DNA from: a virus
Lineage: Duplodnaviria > Heunggongvirae > Uroviricota > Caudoviricetes
Length of the DNA: 62,800 nucleotides
IMG/VR virus record: IMGVR_UViG_3300042544_003430
Strand: one strand, 5' to 3'
Both the position numbers and the translations under genes were made by a program. Position 1 is the first letter of the stretch. Each line of letters opens with the position of its first letter. The notes below the pieces were generated by a model. It made no database searches. It was not told the DNA's origin and worked only from the letters and a program-made list of their open reading frames with translations. Below, one piece after another: positions 8,976 through 19,681 of this stretch.

Positions 8976-10270
8976 TGGAATTATCCTATTCAGAAAATAT
9001 AATACTTAGAAACATAATCAACACCCCTGCATATTTAGAAAATGCTAAATCTGAGTTCTTTAAAAATGATTCTTTCGGGGAAATTCTTAGACTCTCAAAG
9101 AAATTTTGGGATCAATACAACGAAATTCCATCTAGAGAGCAAACTAAAGAATCTGCTAAAATTGAGAATCGAGGTAAATTAGAGCTATCTGAGATAGATG
9201 CAATCTACGACATTCAGTTAAAAGATTACCAGGAGGATTGGTTGAAGGAAACTACGGAGTGTTTCATCGAGTATAAAAACCTAACTAAATCTGCAGTCGA
9301 TGCAGTTCAATATATCCAAAAAACCCCAGTCACAGCGGAGAACATCAAAGAGGTTATTAATACCTTTAAGAATATCGTCGTAGAAAGAAACAATTTAGAC
9401 TTCTCTTTTGATGAAGGTCTAGATTTCTTCAACCCTGAGAGTCATAAACAGTTAAGCCATAACACATTTAAATCCGGTTATTCATTTATCGATACCGTAT
9501 TGGGTGGAGGATTTTCTGCTAAGTCTTTATACGTCTTTATGGGAATGCCCAAAGTCGGAAAGTCTCTGTGGCTGGGTAATTTGGCAACTCAAGCATCTAA
9601 GATGGGAAATAATGTGGCAATTATTACCCTCGAGATGAACGACAGAAAATATGCTAAGAGGATAGGTGCTAATATGTTAAACATACCAATTGGTGATTAT
9701 AACACAGCAGCCAACGATTCCCCTACTATTAAGAAGAAAATCAGCTCAGTTCAGTATGACAATTTAAAAGTTCCAGGCCAAATTTGGATTAAGGAATTTC
9801 CAACTTCTCAAGCTTCAAGCTTGGATATTGAAAGATACTTAAGAAAAGTAGAAGAACAAAAAGGAATTAAATTTAAAGTTGTTGTAATTGACTATATCAA
9901 TATTCTAAAGAACTGGAGAAATCCAAACTCTGAAAACACCTACATGAAGATCAAACAGATTGCAGAGGATTTAAGAGGTATGGCAATGTCAAACGAATGG
10001 TCAATCTTAACAGCAACTCAGACTAAGCAGGGGGATTTTGACTCCACTGACTTAACAATTACTTCAGCAGCTGAATCCTCAGGACTAGTTGCTACTGTGG
10101 ACGGATTATTTGGTATTATCCAGGATCCGATTATGTATGCTAACAGAGAATATAAACTAAAACTAATCGCAAATAGAGATGACGGATATAAAAATTCCCA
10201 CAAGGTATTTAATGTCGACTATAACTATATGAGAATAACAGAAGGAAGCGAACCAATACATGTGGAATAA
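8975..10270 (+). CDS. gp41: Replicative DnaB-family helicase (T4 gp41-like)
   Basis: GMPKVGKS Walker A, ITLEM, IKEFPT, VVIDYINIL, IAEDLRG, TATQT. Confidence 0.92.
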   Translation: MELSYSENIILRNIINTPAYLENAKSEFFKNDSFGEILRLSKKFWDQYNEIPSREQTKESAKIENRGKLELSEIDAIYDIQLKDYQEDWLKETTECFIEYKNLTKSAVDAVQYIQKTPVTAENIKEVINTFKNIVVERNNLDFSFDEGLDFFNPESHKQLSHNTFKSGYSFIDTVLGGGFSAKSLYVFMGMPKVGKSLWLGNLATQASKMGNNVAIITLEMNDRKYAKRIGANMLNIPIGDYNTAANDSPTIKKKISSVQYDNLKVPGQIWIKEFPTSQASSLDIERYLRKVEEQKGIKFKVVVIDYINILKNWRNPNSENTYMKIKQIAEDLRGMAMSNEWSILTATQTKQGDFDSTDLTITSAAESSGLVATVDGLFGIIQDPIMYANREYKLKLIANRDDGYKNSHKVFNVDYNYMRITEGSEPIHVE

Positions 10271-10745
10271 CAAGAAAAAAACAGAAGAACCTCAGGAAGT
10301 TGAAGAAAAGAAAATTCAACTAGGTGATAAAATATTTGGAGCTCACAACAACTCTAATTCTACTAATGAATATAAAGAAAGCTTCGAGCTAGATACGGGT
10401 AATAGAATTCTAGAGGACAGTTATGACGAAGAAGAATACCTGCACAGAAAGAAATTGGAGGAAACTGTTTATGCTGCATTTCAGTCTTCTAGATGGTATC
10501 CCCTTTCTTATAAGAAAAAAATTCCTAAGGATCTAGTTCCTCATCTTTTTCAAGATGTACTGGAAAAGCTAGAAAATAGTGAATTTAGTTTTTCTGAGAA
10601 GTTTGTGGTCATTTGTGACTTTGTTTCTATCCCCTATGCGAAGGCTTATGAGCAAATACCAGTAAAATATAAAGAAATTATCATCAATGAGTTAGAAGCT
10701 AAATTTAGCATTTTATCTAAAAGAAAGATAAGAAAATTATTTTAA
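10260..10745 (+). CDS. Hypothetical protein
   Basis: 161-aa ORF overlapping the helicase stop. Confidence 0.6.
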   Translation: MWNNKKKTEEPQEVEEKKIQLGDKIFGAHNNSNSTNEYKESFELDTGNRILEDSYDEEEYLHRKKLEETVYAAFQSSRWYPLSYKKKIPKDLVPHLFQDVLEKLENSEFSFSEKFVVICDFVSIPYAKAYEQIPVKYKEIIINELEAKFSILSKRKIRKLF

Positions 10746-10748
10746 GCA

Positions 10749-11849
10749 ATGATAGAGAATAAGAACGCAAAAAGAGTATTTTTTATAACAGACACTCACT
10801 TGGGAGTTAGAAATTCCTCTAACGAGTGGATTGATATAATGAGAGAATATTTTCACGGTTGGTTTATTCCTCTGGTAAAAGAAAATTATCGTCCTGGTGA
10901 TGTATTAATCCATCTCGGAGACGTTTATGATTCTAGACAGAGCATAAATATCAAAGTTCTAAATCTTGGAATTGATATTTTTGAATCTCTATCCGATATT
11001 TTCAAAGATGGAATTTATGTTATAGCAGGGAATCACGATCTTTGGGGAAAGACTACAAATGAAATTAACTCATTGAAGTCAATCAAATGGGTTCCGAATG
11101 TTAATATTTTAGAAGAACCAGAAACCCTAGTTCTTGGCAAGAAGAAATTCTTAATGATGCCTTGGAGAAAAGATCATGCAACAGAAGAGGAATTTTTGGA
11201 TGCTTCTAAACCACATGATTACCTTTGCTGTCATGCTGATATTAGAGGTCTAAAGTTTAACCGTTATGTGAACGTTGAAGAAGGAGCAGATTCTCAGAAG
11301 TTTGAAAAATTTAAAACTGTATATTCGGGCCATATTCACTATGCTCAGGTAGTTAAAAATATCCACATGTTAGGATCCCCTTATGAGTTAACTAGATCTG
11401 ATATGGGAAATACAAAGTCTGTTACCTTATTGGATTTGACAACAGGTGAAGAGCAGAAATTTGTAAATGACTTTTCTCCTAAGTTCAAGAAGTTTTTATT
11501 TGATCAAATTCTAGAAATGACTATTGATGATCTAGAACCTGAATTTAGAAACAACTTTGTGGACATTATGATAGATCCAAAGATGGCTTTGAAAGCTCCT
11601 TTGAATATCCTGACCGATAGTATAGGATCCCAAAGAAAATTAGGATTCCATCCATACGACCCAAATCAAGCGAACAAATTATCTGCTCAAATCTATGATA
11701 CAGACGGAAGGCAATTTAGTGTAATGGATTTTGTTAAGGAATACATCAACACAATGAATTATGATGATTCGACCAAGGAGAGATTAATAGCAAGCGTAGA
11801 GAAACTTTATAAGATTACAGTAGACCAAGATCAAGAGACGAGAATATGA
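10749..11849 (+). CDS. gp47: Mre11/SbcD-like recombination nuclease (T4 gp47-like)
   Basis: DTHLG, HLGDVYD, GNHD and SGHIH metallophosphoesterase motifs. Confidence 0.92.
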   Translation: MIENKNAKRVFFITDTHLGVRNSSNEWIDIMREYFHGWFIPLVKENYRPGDVLIHLGDVYDSRQSINIKVLNLGIDIFESLSDIFKDGIYVIAGNHDLWGKTTNEINSLKSIKWVPNVNILEEPETLVLGKKKFLMMPWRKDHATEEEFLDASKPHDYLCCHADIRGLKFNRYVNVEEGADSQKFEKFKTVYSGHIHYAQVVKNIHMLGSPYELTRSDMGNTKSVTLLDLTTGEEQKFVNDFSPKFKKFLFDQILEMTIDDLEPEFRNNFVDIMIDPKMALKAPLNILTDSIGSQRKLGFHPYDPNQANKLSAQIYDTDGRQFSVMDFVKEYINTMNYDDSTKERLIASVEKLYKITVDQDQETRI

Positions 11850-13510
11850 GAATTAAGAAAATTGAATGGAGAAATTTTTCCTCTTACGGAAACAGAAAGC
11901 AAGAGATTGAATTTGGAGATGAAGCATCCTTATATCAAGTAGTTGGAGAGAATGGTGCAGGTAAATCTTCCATCTCTGGAGTTATAACTTTTGGACTTTA
12001 TGGTAAGCTTGAAGGAAAAAAATTAAAGGACATTCCAAATAGAATCAATGGTAATGCTTGGGTTAGGATAACCCTAGAATGCAATGGATCTGAAGTTGTA
12101 GTTGAAAGAGGGCTTGAACCTAATTTATTCAAACTCTATATTAATGGGACTGAGTATGATCAAGCTGGGGTTAGATCTGTTCAGGATTATCTATCAGAAG
12201 ACATCCTAGGAATCCCCTACTATGTGTTTAACAACACTATCTCCCTCTCTATCAATGATTTCAAATCTTTCATCAAAATGTCCTCACAGGACAAAAGAAG
12301 TATCATAGACAAGATATTTGGATTTCATGTTCTGAATCAAATGAGGGATCTTTTGAGGGATGAGAATAGAAAAATAAAAGAAACTCTAGACAATATTGCT
12401 GGTAAATTATCCTCATTAGAATCCACTATTGGAAGTTCTCTAAATGAGATGGACAATTTAGCAAATCAATTAAAACAGGAATCTACTGATAAGAAAGGTC
12501 AGCTTCAAAAGTCTTTAGAAACGTTTGAGAATCTCCAATCTATTCATTCTAAGAAAACTGAAGAATTTAGGGAGAATGAGAACAATTTATCAATTGAAAT
12601 TTCCAATACCAATCGTTTAATAATAGAGTCTAGAACTAAAATCCAAGACACGCAGAGGAAAATAAAGCTATATGAATTGGATCAGTGTCCAACTTGTCAG
12701 TCATCTTTGGATAGTGAATTCCACCATTGCATAAAGGATGGACTGATTGCTGAACAAGCTTCTTCCACTTTACAGCTAGATGAGCTAGCTAAAACTATGT
12801 CAGATCTAAGAGAAAAAGAAAAAGAAGTTTTTTCTATTAAAACAGATATCTTAGACAAAGGAAGAAAAATAGAAATCAAAATTTCTGAGATTAGAAGAGA
12901 TCTAAAACATCTGGAAGAAAATACAGGTGACAAACAACTTCAGTCTTTACAGAGAATTGTTGACAATTTATCAATTGAAAAGGATAAAATGTCTACCGAG
13001 TCTTTTAAAAATCAGGAAAAGAATAACTGGCTTAAAACTCTAGATGAAATCCTGGGCGAGAAAGGGGTGAAACAAATGGCAATTAGAACCATTCTTCCAT
13101 CTTTAAATTCCGAGATCCTGGATCTTCTTTCTAAAATGCACTTGGATTATCAAGTAGTATTTGACGAGGAATTTAATGCTACTATTTACCACATGGGGGT
13201 AGAGATAGCAACCCAGACTTTAAGCACTGGAGAAATGAAAAAGGTCGATTTCGTAGTTCTAATAGCTATTATGAAGCTAATGAAAATGAAATTCAGCAGC
13301 ATTAATCTTCTGTTCTTAGACGAGCTATTCAGTTCGGTTGACCCTGATGGAGTACATTCCATTCTTAGAATTTTAAGATCAGTTTGTAAAGAGCTAGGAC
13401 TTAACATTTTTGTTATCAATCACGCTCCAATGCCTCATGAAATATTTGACTGGAAATTAGAAGTTTCAAAAGCAAATAATTTCTCCTCTATTTCAATAGA
13501 TAAATTTTAA
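11846..13510 (+). CDS. gp46: Rad50/SbcC-like ATPase (T4 gp46-like)
   Basis: GENGAGKS, CPTC zinc hook, LSTGE signature, LFLDE Walker B. Confidence 0.93.
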   Translation: MRIKKIEWRNFSSYGNRKQEIEFGDEASLYQVVGENGAGKSSISGVITFGLYGKLEGKKLKDIPNRINGNAWVRITLECNGSEVVVERGLEPNLFKLYINGTEYDQAGVRSVQDYLSEDILGIPYYVFNNTISLSINDFKSFIKMSSQDKRSIIDKIFGFHVLNQMRDLLRDENRKIKETLDNIAGKLSSLESTIGSSLNEMDNLANQLKQESTDKKGQLQKSLETFENLQSIHSKKTEEFRENENNLSIEISNTNRLIIESRTKIQDTQRKIKLYELDQCPTCQSSLDSEFHHCIKDGLIAEQASSTLQLDELAKTMSDLREKEKEVFSIKTDILDKGRKIEIKISEIRRDLKHLEENTGDKQLQSLQRIVDNLSIEKDKMSTESFKNQEKNNWLKTLDEILGEKGVKQMAIRTILPSLNSEILDLLSKMHLDYQVVFDEEFNATIYHMGVEIATQTLSTGEMKKVDFVVLIAIMKLMKMKFSSINLLFLDELFSSVDPDGVHSILRILRSVCKELGLNIFVINHAPMPHEIFDWKLEVSKANNFSSISIDKF

Positions 13511-13532
13511 TTAGAAGCCTTTAAAAATTCCA

Positions 13533-13540
13533 GATATATA
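13533..13540 (+). promoter_or_regulatory. Putative late promoter GATATATA
   Basis: 20 nt before the TTG start of a structural-looking operon. Confidence 0.6.
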
Positions 13541-13560
13541 GTCTAAATAAATCTGGAATT

Positions 13561-14427
13561 TTGAAGCCTTTATACAGTAGATCACAAAATTTAAAAGTTA
13601 CTAAAACAGAACTAGCCAAATTAGGTCTCACTTCTGTTCAAGCGACTATGATCGAGCCTAATACTCAAGGTCTCGGTTTATTGGGGATTGGGTATTTAAA
13701 ACCTCTTCCTGATGTTCCTACTGATTACCAAGCAGTAACCAATTCTAAAGGAAATCCCGTTTATTCGAAAACTACAGTTCAGACTTATTCCATATTTTTT
13801 GCTCAATATGAGAACACTTATATTCCGGAAGGAGATGAAAAATTATATTCCTTTGTTGCAGTAAGAACACTAAATCCTATTACCTCAAGTGATTGTGCAA
13901 AACAACTTGGAATGAAACAATCTAATGTTTATGGGTTAACCCTTAGTGAATATGAGGCTGGAACTTTTCAACATCCAGTTTATCTCAATCAAAATAAAGA
14001 ACCATTAACTTTTAATTATACAGATATTCCTGTTATGCTTCAAACTGTTCCAGGAAGGCTTGATAATGTTCCTATTGGTGCACCTAATTTCCCACTAACT
14101 CCTAACAGAATTGCTAGCCAGCTTGGAATGCTACCTCAACCACCATACCCAGATTTTGTTACCTCTTTTGGTCAAACTGGGGGAACTGCAATTTCTGCCG
14201 GAGGAACTGTTGGATTTAGAGATGCTTCTCTAATGGTTCCTACTACAGTTCAGCCTACCGCATGGAATTGGAACTTTGGACCATCTGCTTCCCCTACAGG
14301 AAGTACCGCACAAAATCCAAGTTCGGTAACTTATGGATCTACTGGAAGCTTTAGCGTAACTCTAACCGCTTATAATGCCTATGGATCCAAATCAATAACT
14401 AAACAAAACTTTGTAATCGTATCATAA
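13561..14427 (+). CDS. Putative virion protein with C-terminal PKD domain (TTG start)
   Basis: WNWNFG...NPSSVTY...SVTLTAYNAYGS PKD pattern. Confidence 0.65.
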   Translation: MKPLYSRSQNLKVTKTELAKLGLTSVQATMIEPNTQGLGLLGIGYLKPLPDVPTDYQAVTNSKGNPVYSKTTVQTYSIFFAQYENTYIPEGDEKLYSFVAVRTLNPITSSDCAKQLGMKQSNVYGLTLSEYEAGTFQHPVYLNQNKEPLTFNYTDIPVMLQTVPGRLDNVPIGAPNFPLTPNRIASQLGMLPQPPYPDFVTSFGQTGGTAISAGGTVGFRDASLMVPTTVQPTAWNWNFGPSASPTGSTAQNPSSVTYGSTGSFSVTLTAYNAYGSKSITKQNFVIVS

Positions 14428-14428
14428 A

Positions 14429-15556
14429 ATGTCGGGATTTTTAGAAAAATATAATATAGACGAGGTATTCCTAAGGGGAATTATCGTTGGACTTCTCAGA
14501 AGCTTAAATGAAAAAGTAACCTACACTCAGATTAATGAACAACAAGAAATATTGGAAGTTTACATTCCTTTTTTCTATTCAATGTCTGGAGACGAATCTT
14601 TTTTACAGGACTTCTATTTAGACTATTTAGATTGTGACGGAAATTCTCCTTTTGCAGAGGGTAACTATGATATTATTCCTAGAGGAGTAGTAACTTTTAC
14701 TGGGGTTAATATAGATACAGCTTCAATAACAAATGGATTTGTAAGGGCAACTTATAACATTGAAACGGTAGAGGGACAGATGAAAGCATTTTCTGCTTAT
14801 ACGTCTTCTATTCCTCTTAGTATGACCTTTGATATAAAACTGAGAGCAGATACTTTATTAGATACATTTAAAATTTTCCAATCTGTAATTCAAACTTTCT
14901 ATAAAGTTTATAGTTTTAATGTTGAGTTTGGAGGAATGAGGGTTCCGGTTCAAGTTGGATTTCCTGAGCAATATCAAAATGACAAGCAATTAGAATTTAC
15001 CTATTCAAATACACAAAAGTGGATCGAAACCAATTTTTCCATTCAAGTTGAAACTTATTATCCTCAGAAGGACATTGCAACTGAGAGATTTAGAGGAAAT
15101 CTAATGCAAGCTGGAATTAAACTTAAACTTTCTATAGGGGATACTGTAATTGGAAGTTCAAGTTTATTTACAACTCCTGCTAATTCTAGTACCCCTGGCC
15201 TTCCTAGCCCAACTTCAAACTTACCTACTGTTTCTGTTCCAGCTAGCTCAACAGGAATAACTTTAAATCAAATCTCGGGATATTACATTAGTGAAGATTC
15301 TGTGAATGCTCAATTTGCTTCCCTTCAGATGTTCACAGGAGCCGGGGTAATTCCGGTAACTGCTCCTTACATAACTTACATAGATATGACACCTTTGGAT
15401 ATTTCCAATAAGGTTTTAGGGATAAATTTATTCATCACTGTTTCTTGTTCTTCTTTAGCGGGTAATGTGATAGCTACCAATGTTTCCGGATCAACAATTA
15501 CTTTTGAATCCAGCGTATCTGGGGTAGATTTTTATTTTACCGGGATATATACTTAA
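14429..15556 (+). CDS. Tail completion/sheath stabilizer (T4 gp15-like) with Ser/Thr/Pro-rich C-terminal extension
   Basis: IPFFYSM...PRGVVTFTG...PLSMTFDIKL...ETYYP pattern resembles gp15; position in a late operon. Confidence 0.5.
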   Translation: MSGFLEKYNIDEVFLRGIIVGLLRSLNEKVTYTQINEQQEILEVYIPFFYSMSGDESFLQDFYLDYLDCDGNSPFAEGNYDIIPRGVVTFTGVNIDTASITNGFVRATYNIETVEGQMKAFSAYTSSIPLSMTFDIKLRADTLLDTFKIFQSVIQTFYKVYSFNVEFGGMRVPVQVGFPEQYQNDKQLEFTYSNTQKWIETNFSIQVETYYPQKDIATERFRGNLMQAGIKLKLSIGDTVIGSSSLFTTPANSSTPGLPSPTSNLPTVSVPASSTGITLNQISGYYISEDSVNAQFASLQMFTGAGVIPVTAPYITYIDMTPLDISNKVLGINLFITVSCSSLAGNVIATNVSGSTITFESSVSGVDFYFTGIYT

Positions 15557-15570
15557 AATAATTTTTAGAT

Positions 15571-15885
15571 GTGTCCGTAAATTCTCCAAATAATCCGATT
15601 TTAGAACCAGGTCTTAGTGTTAGAATTATCGATGGTTCCACTAGTCAAACTTTTGATACCCTATATTTTGTAGGAACCTCGAATAACTATGTTAAAAAAT
15701 CTGCTAAAAGCGAGACTATTAACTATTCAACATTTGGAAACTTCTGGACTAAGCAGATTTCAGTGGAGAGTAATTTTAGGGATATTCTAGACGGGGGAGA
15801 TTCTGCACCAGGAACAGCACAGTTCTTCGGTCCAATCATAGGAGGGGAATTCCCAACACAAACAAGATTATTAAACAACATATAA
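15571..15885 (+). CDS. Hypothetical protein (GTG start)
   Basis: 104-aa ORF within the late operon. Confidence 0.5.
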   Translation: MSVNSPNNPILEPGLSVRIIDGSTSQTFDTLYFVGTSNNYVKKSAKSETINYSTFGNFWTKQISVESNFRDILDGGDSAPGTAQFFGPIIGGEFPTQTRLLNNI

Positions 15886-15891
15886 AAGAAA

Positions 15892-16254
15892 ATGGCTTAT
15901 AGAATACAATTTAGAAGAGATACATCTACAAACTGGGATAGTAACAATCCTATCCTTTTACAAGGAGAGTTTGGCTATGAACTTGATACCGGATTTGCTA
16001 AAATTGGTGACGGATCCTCTACATGGGATCAATTAACTTATTTTGGAGGAACAGGTCCAACTGGACCAACTGGTTCAACTGGACCAACTGGTTCAACTGG
16101 TGTAACCGGATCAACTGGACCTTCTGTTTCTTCTCTAGCTCCTGGATCGTCGGGTGCTACCGGAACAACCGGAGAATTAGCTCTGGATACAAACTATCTT
16201 TACGTTTGTGTTGGAACAAATACTTGGAAAAGAACCCAGATAACAGGCTGGTAA
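15892..16254 (+). CDS. Small fibre-like protein: Mtd/hyaluronidase-type N-terminal domain plus collagen-like repeats
   Basis: [12 protein letters not shown]...[22 protein letters not shown] motif, G-P/S-T triplets, [13 protein letters not shown] tail. Confidence 0.7.
   Translation: MAYRIQFRRDTSTNWDSNNPILLQGEFGYELDTGFAKIGDGSSTWDQLTYFGGTGPTGPTGSTGPTGSTGVTGSTGPSVSSLAPGSSGATGTTGELALDTNYLYVCVGTNTWKRTQITGW
16054..16122 (+). repeat. Collagen-like 9/18-bp tandem repeat (GPT/GST)
   Basis: ggaccaactggttcaact occurs twice, with degenerate flanking units. Confidence 0.8.
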
Positions 16255-16274
16255 TTTTTTAATAATGAATATTT

Positions 16275-16299
16275 AAAAGCCCTTTATTGGGGCTTTTTT
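16275..16299 (+). terminator. Intrinsic terminator
   Basis: AAAAGCCC-tttatt-GGGGCTTTTTT. Confidence 0.75.
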
Positions 16300-16301
16300 G
16301 T

Positions 16302-16329
16302 GAAACAATTCTTAGCAGTAAACTATAAT
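16302..16329 (+). promoter_or_regulatory. Class III motif GAAAC-N17-TATAAT
   Basis: Directly after the terminator and upstream of the sugar-modification operon. Confidence 0.6.
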
Positions 16330-16349
16330 AGATAATAAATTATAGAATT

Positions 16350-16625
16350 ATGTCAGAACCAATAAAATTATCTCAAGAAGAATTAGATTCAATTAAAGAT
16401 CTAAGAGAAAAAATAAGATCTAACGTTGAAAAAATCGGAAGACTTAACATCAAAAGACACTTTACAGAGACCGAGTTGAATTTGATTAAAATGGATATAG
16501 ATACGGAATATCTAGAAACAGAAGAATTGAGTAGACAGGAATCTAAAATTGTTGATTCTATCATAGCGAAATATGGTGATGGTGATTTAGACTTCACTAC
16601 AGGTATCTACACTCCAAGATCTTAA
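16350..16625 (+). CDS. Small coiled-coil hypothetical protein
   Basis: 91-aa ORF ending KYGDGDLDFTTGIYTP. Confidence 0.6.
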   Translation: MSEPIKLSQEELDSIKDLREKIRSNVEKIGRLNIKRHFTETELNLIKMDIDTEYLETEELSRQESKIVDSIIAKYGDGDLDFTTGIYTPRS

Positions 16626-16644
16626 TTTTTCTAACAACCAATTT

Positions 16645-18960
16645 GTGAGTAAAATAAAAATTTATGCACATGGGTCGTACATAGGAAATACCGGGTACAA
16701 TCACCATACACGAGATTTTTTTAGATCTCTTTCTAAATATTTTCCGATCAAATTTAGAAATTTTACTGTAGGTGATTCTTGGAAAGGTCTAAGCGAAACC
16801 CCGCATGACGAAGAAGATTATCTAGATGACTTAGATAAAAATTTATTATACAGTCAAAGATTGTGGGTAGGGGAAGGTCGAATGGAGGATTTTAAAATAT
16901 ATCCTTCTTCAGAAAAAGAATTTGGAGCCGATCTTAATATAGTTCTAAATGAATCAAATCATTATTTATATTACGAAAAATATTCAGGACCCAAAATAGC
17001 ATATAATGTTTGGGAATCAACCAGACAGACTGAAGAATTTTTTAAAAAATTAATATTATTTGATGAGATATGGGTTCCTAGTAAATGGCAAAGAGATTGT
17101 ACTATAGATCAAGGAGCAAATCCAGACCAAGTTAAAGTTGTTCCTGAAGGAGTGGATGTTGATACTTTTTATCCAGAATCTGTTGATTTGCTTGACGAGT
17201 ACAAGGATAAAAGATTTAAATTTCTTTTAATGGGAAGATGGGACTATAGAAAATCTACTAAAGAAATTATAGAAACTTTTCTAAAAACATTTTCACCGGA
17301 GGAACCCATAGATATTGTTGTCTCAATTGATAACATGTGGGGAGAAGAAATGGATGGATTTAAAACCACAGAGGAAAGACTAAAAAACTATGGACTTTTG
17401 GATCCTAGAATTAAAATAATACACTTTCCAAAAAGAGAGGATTACATAAAATACCTTAAAACCGGACATGTCTTTCTTTCGTGTGCTAGATCTGAAGGAT
17501 GGAATTTACCTTTGATTGAGGCCATGGCCTGTGGAACACCTTCTATCTATTCTGAGTGTTGCGCTCAGATGGAATTTGCAGAAGGTAAAGGATTACCTGT
17601 TAAAATAATAGGGGAAAAGCCTGCAAATCAAAACACCTACGGCAGATACAGTATGGGTGATCTCCCAGGTAATTACTATGAACCGGATTTTATTGATCTT
17701 TCTAGAGTTATGAGAGATGCCTATGAAAATTATGAATTTCACAAAAGTAAAGCTGTAGAAGAAAGTGTCGAGTTAAGAAGAAATTTTTCTTGGGAAGAGA
17801 TTGCTAAAATAGGAAAATCAACAATAGAAGATTTTGTCGTAAAAGTAAATCAGCCCGGATACAATAAGAACAAAGACACTAATTCAATTCATATTTCTTA
17901 TTTAGATGGACCAAAGGTTGAGATTACTGGAGATTTTGAGTCTTCGTATCATATAGAGTTTATTGATTCTAAAACCGAGAAGATCATTCATTCGGAAACA
18001 ATAACTAATAATATGTGGTGTGTTTGTTCAAGAAAATATTACACAGATTGGGTAATTAAGATCAACGGTAAAGTTGTTGACACTTTTGGACTTGAGGGTA
18101 AAAGAGTTTTAATTTCTTTTGAGTCTAAATCTATTGGGGATACAATTGCATGGGCTCCTTATGTAGTAGACTTCGAAAAAAAACACAAATGCAAGATTAT
18201 ATTATCTACATTTCATAATGACTGGTTTAAGGGGGTTAAAGAATACTCTAATTTTGAATTTATATCCCCCGGAAGTAACACAAATTGTTATGTTGTTTAT
18301 AGAATTGGATGGTTTAGATCTAATGGAGGTAGATGGGACGATTTTAATTCATACCCAAATCCATTAAATTCACAGCCTCTCCAAAAGACATCTTCTGATA
18401 TTTTGGGATTAGAATTTGAGGAAAGAAATTATGGAATTAATTTTACTCCGAGAAAAAATCCTATGACTGAAAAATATGTTGTAATTGCCCCGGAGTCTAC
18501 CGCAGGATGTAAAGAATGGACTAGAGAAGGATGGGAAATTCTAACAAAGATGCTAACTGAAACTGGGATTCAGGTAATTTGTTTAACTCAAAAACCATAT
18601 TTTATTAAAGGAGCCCGTTGTATACATGGCAAAAATTTGGAAGAATCTATTAATATACTGTATCACTCCGAATATTTGATCGGACTGAGTTCAGGTCTTT
18701 CCTGGATTAATTGGTCGCTAAAAAAACACACAGTTATGATTAGTGGATTTACTGCTAAGGATCACGAATTTAAAACTAATATAACTAGAATACAAAATTC
18801 AAATGCTTGTAATTCTTGTTGGGAAAATACAAATTTTATTTTTGATACTGGAGACTGGGATTGGTGTCCAGTCTGGAAGGGAACAGATAAACAACACATT
18901 TGCTCAAAATCTATATCACCAATAACAGTATTTAATTTATTACCAGAGATAAAAAAATGA
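16645..18960 (+). CDS. Fused glycosyltransferase: GT4-like N-terminus plus Aah/TibC-like O-heptosyltransferase-like C-terminus (GTG start)
   Basis: EGWNLPLIEAMACGTP GT4 motif; SKSIGDTIAW, IGLSSGLSW and CNSC...WCP...ICSK four-Cys pattern. Confidence 0.8.
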   Translation: MSKIKIYAHGSYIGNTGYNHHTRDFFRSLSKYFPIKFRNFTVGDSWKGLSETPHDEEDYLDDLDKNLLYSQRLWVGEGRMEDFKIYPSSEKEFGADLNIVLNESNHYLYYEKYSGPKIAYNVWESTRQTEEFFKKLILFDEIWVPSKWQRDCTIDQGANPDQVKVVPEGVDVDTFYPESVDLLDEYKDKRFKFLLMGRWDYRKSTKEIIETFLKTFSPEEPIDIVVSIDNMWGEEMDGFKTTEERLKNYGLLDPRIKIIHFPKREDYIKYLKTGHVFLSCARSEGWNLPLIEAMACGTPSIYSECCAQMEFAEGKGLPVKIIGEKPANQNTYGRYSMGDLPGNYYEPDFIDLSRVMRDAYENYEFHKSKAVEESVELRRNFSWEEIAKIGKSTIEDFVVKVNQPGYNKNKDTNSIHISYLDGPKVEITGDFESSYHIEFIDSKTEKIIHSETITNNMWCVCSRKYYTDWVIKINGKVVDTFGLEGKRVLISFESKSIGDTIAWAPYVVDFEKKHKCKIILSTFHNDWFKGVKEYSNFEFISPGSNTNCYVVYRIGWFRSNGGRWDDFNSYPNPLNSQPLQKTSSDILGLEFEERNYGINFTPRKNPMTEKYVVIAPESTAGCKEWTREGWEILTKMLTETGIQVICLTQKPYFIKGARCIHGKNLEESINILYHSEYLIGLSSGLSWINWSLKKHTVMISGFTAKDHEFKTNITRIQNSNACNSCWENTNFIFDTGDWDWCPVWKGTDKQHICSKSISPITVFNLLPEIKK

Positions 18961-19679
18961 TAGACATTAGTAATTTTGATTGGGGTTGGATGGACGAGCC
19001 TTGTGAAACTTATCAAATCATGTCAGATGGGACACACAAACCAATGGGACTTTATCATAAGGATTCCATCATTAAAGAAATTTTTGAGGGGGAAAGCATA
19101 TATGAATTATTTTTTGAAGTGGAGGAAAATGATATTGTTCTTGATGTAGGAGCTAGCCTAGGTCCTTTCACCAGGTCTATTTTACACAAAAATCCAAAGC
19201 ATGTATTCTGTTTTGAACCAAGCTACAGAGAATTTAAAGTGTTAGTTAAAAATACCATGGGATATCAGGTAACTCCTATCTTTAAAGGAATTTCTGATAA
19301 GAATGGGATATCGGAATCTGATATGCTCTTTGGTGGAGAATCCGAAATGGAATCTATTACATTTAAATCTTTTATTGACTTATTTGGAATTGATAAAATA
19401 GATTTCCTTAAAACCGACTGCGAAGGAGGGGAATATGATATTTTCACTAGTGGAAATCTTCCATATATAAAAGAGAACGTAAAAAAAATAGTTGGAGAAT
19501 GGCATCTTAGTACAGATGAACTTAAGACTAAATTTAGAAATTTTAGAGATCATATATTACCAAACTTCAATAAAGTTATAATTTTTTCTGTAGACGGGAT
19601 TGACATTACCTGGGATTTGTGGAATGAACACTTCATTGAATATTATACCGAAATTATAATTCACATTGACAATAGATAA
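18957..19679 (+). CDS. FkbM-family SAM methyltransferase
   Basis: VLDVGASLG, FEP and IDFLKTDCEGGEYDI. Confidence 0.85.
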   Translation: MIDISNFDWGWMDEPCETYQIMSDGTHKPMGLYHKDSIIKEIFEGESIYELFFEVEENDIVLDVGASLGPFTRSILHKNPKHVFCFEPSYREFKVLVKNTMGYQVTPIFKGISDKNGISESDMLFGGESEMESITFKSFIDLFGIDKIDFLKTDCEGGEYDIFTSGNLPYIKENVKKIVGEWHLSTDELKTKFRNFRDHILPNFNKVIIFSVDGIDITWDLWNEHFIEYYTEIIIHIDNR

Positions 19680-19681
19680 AA

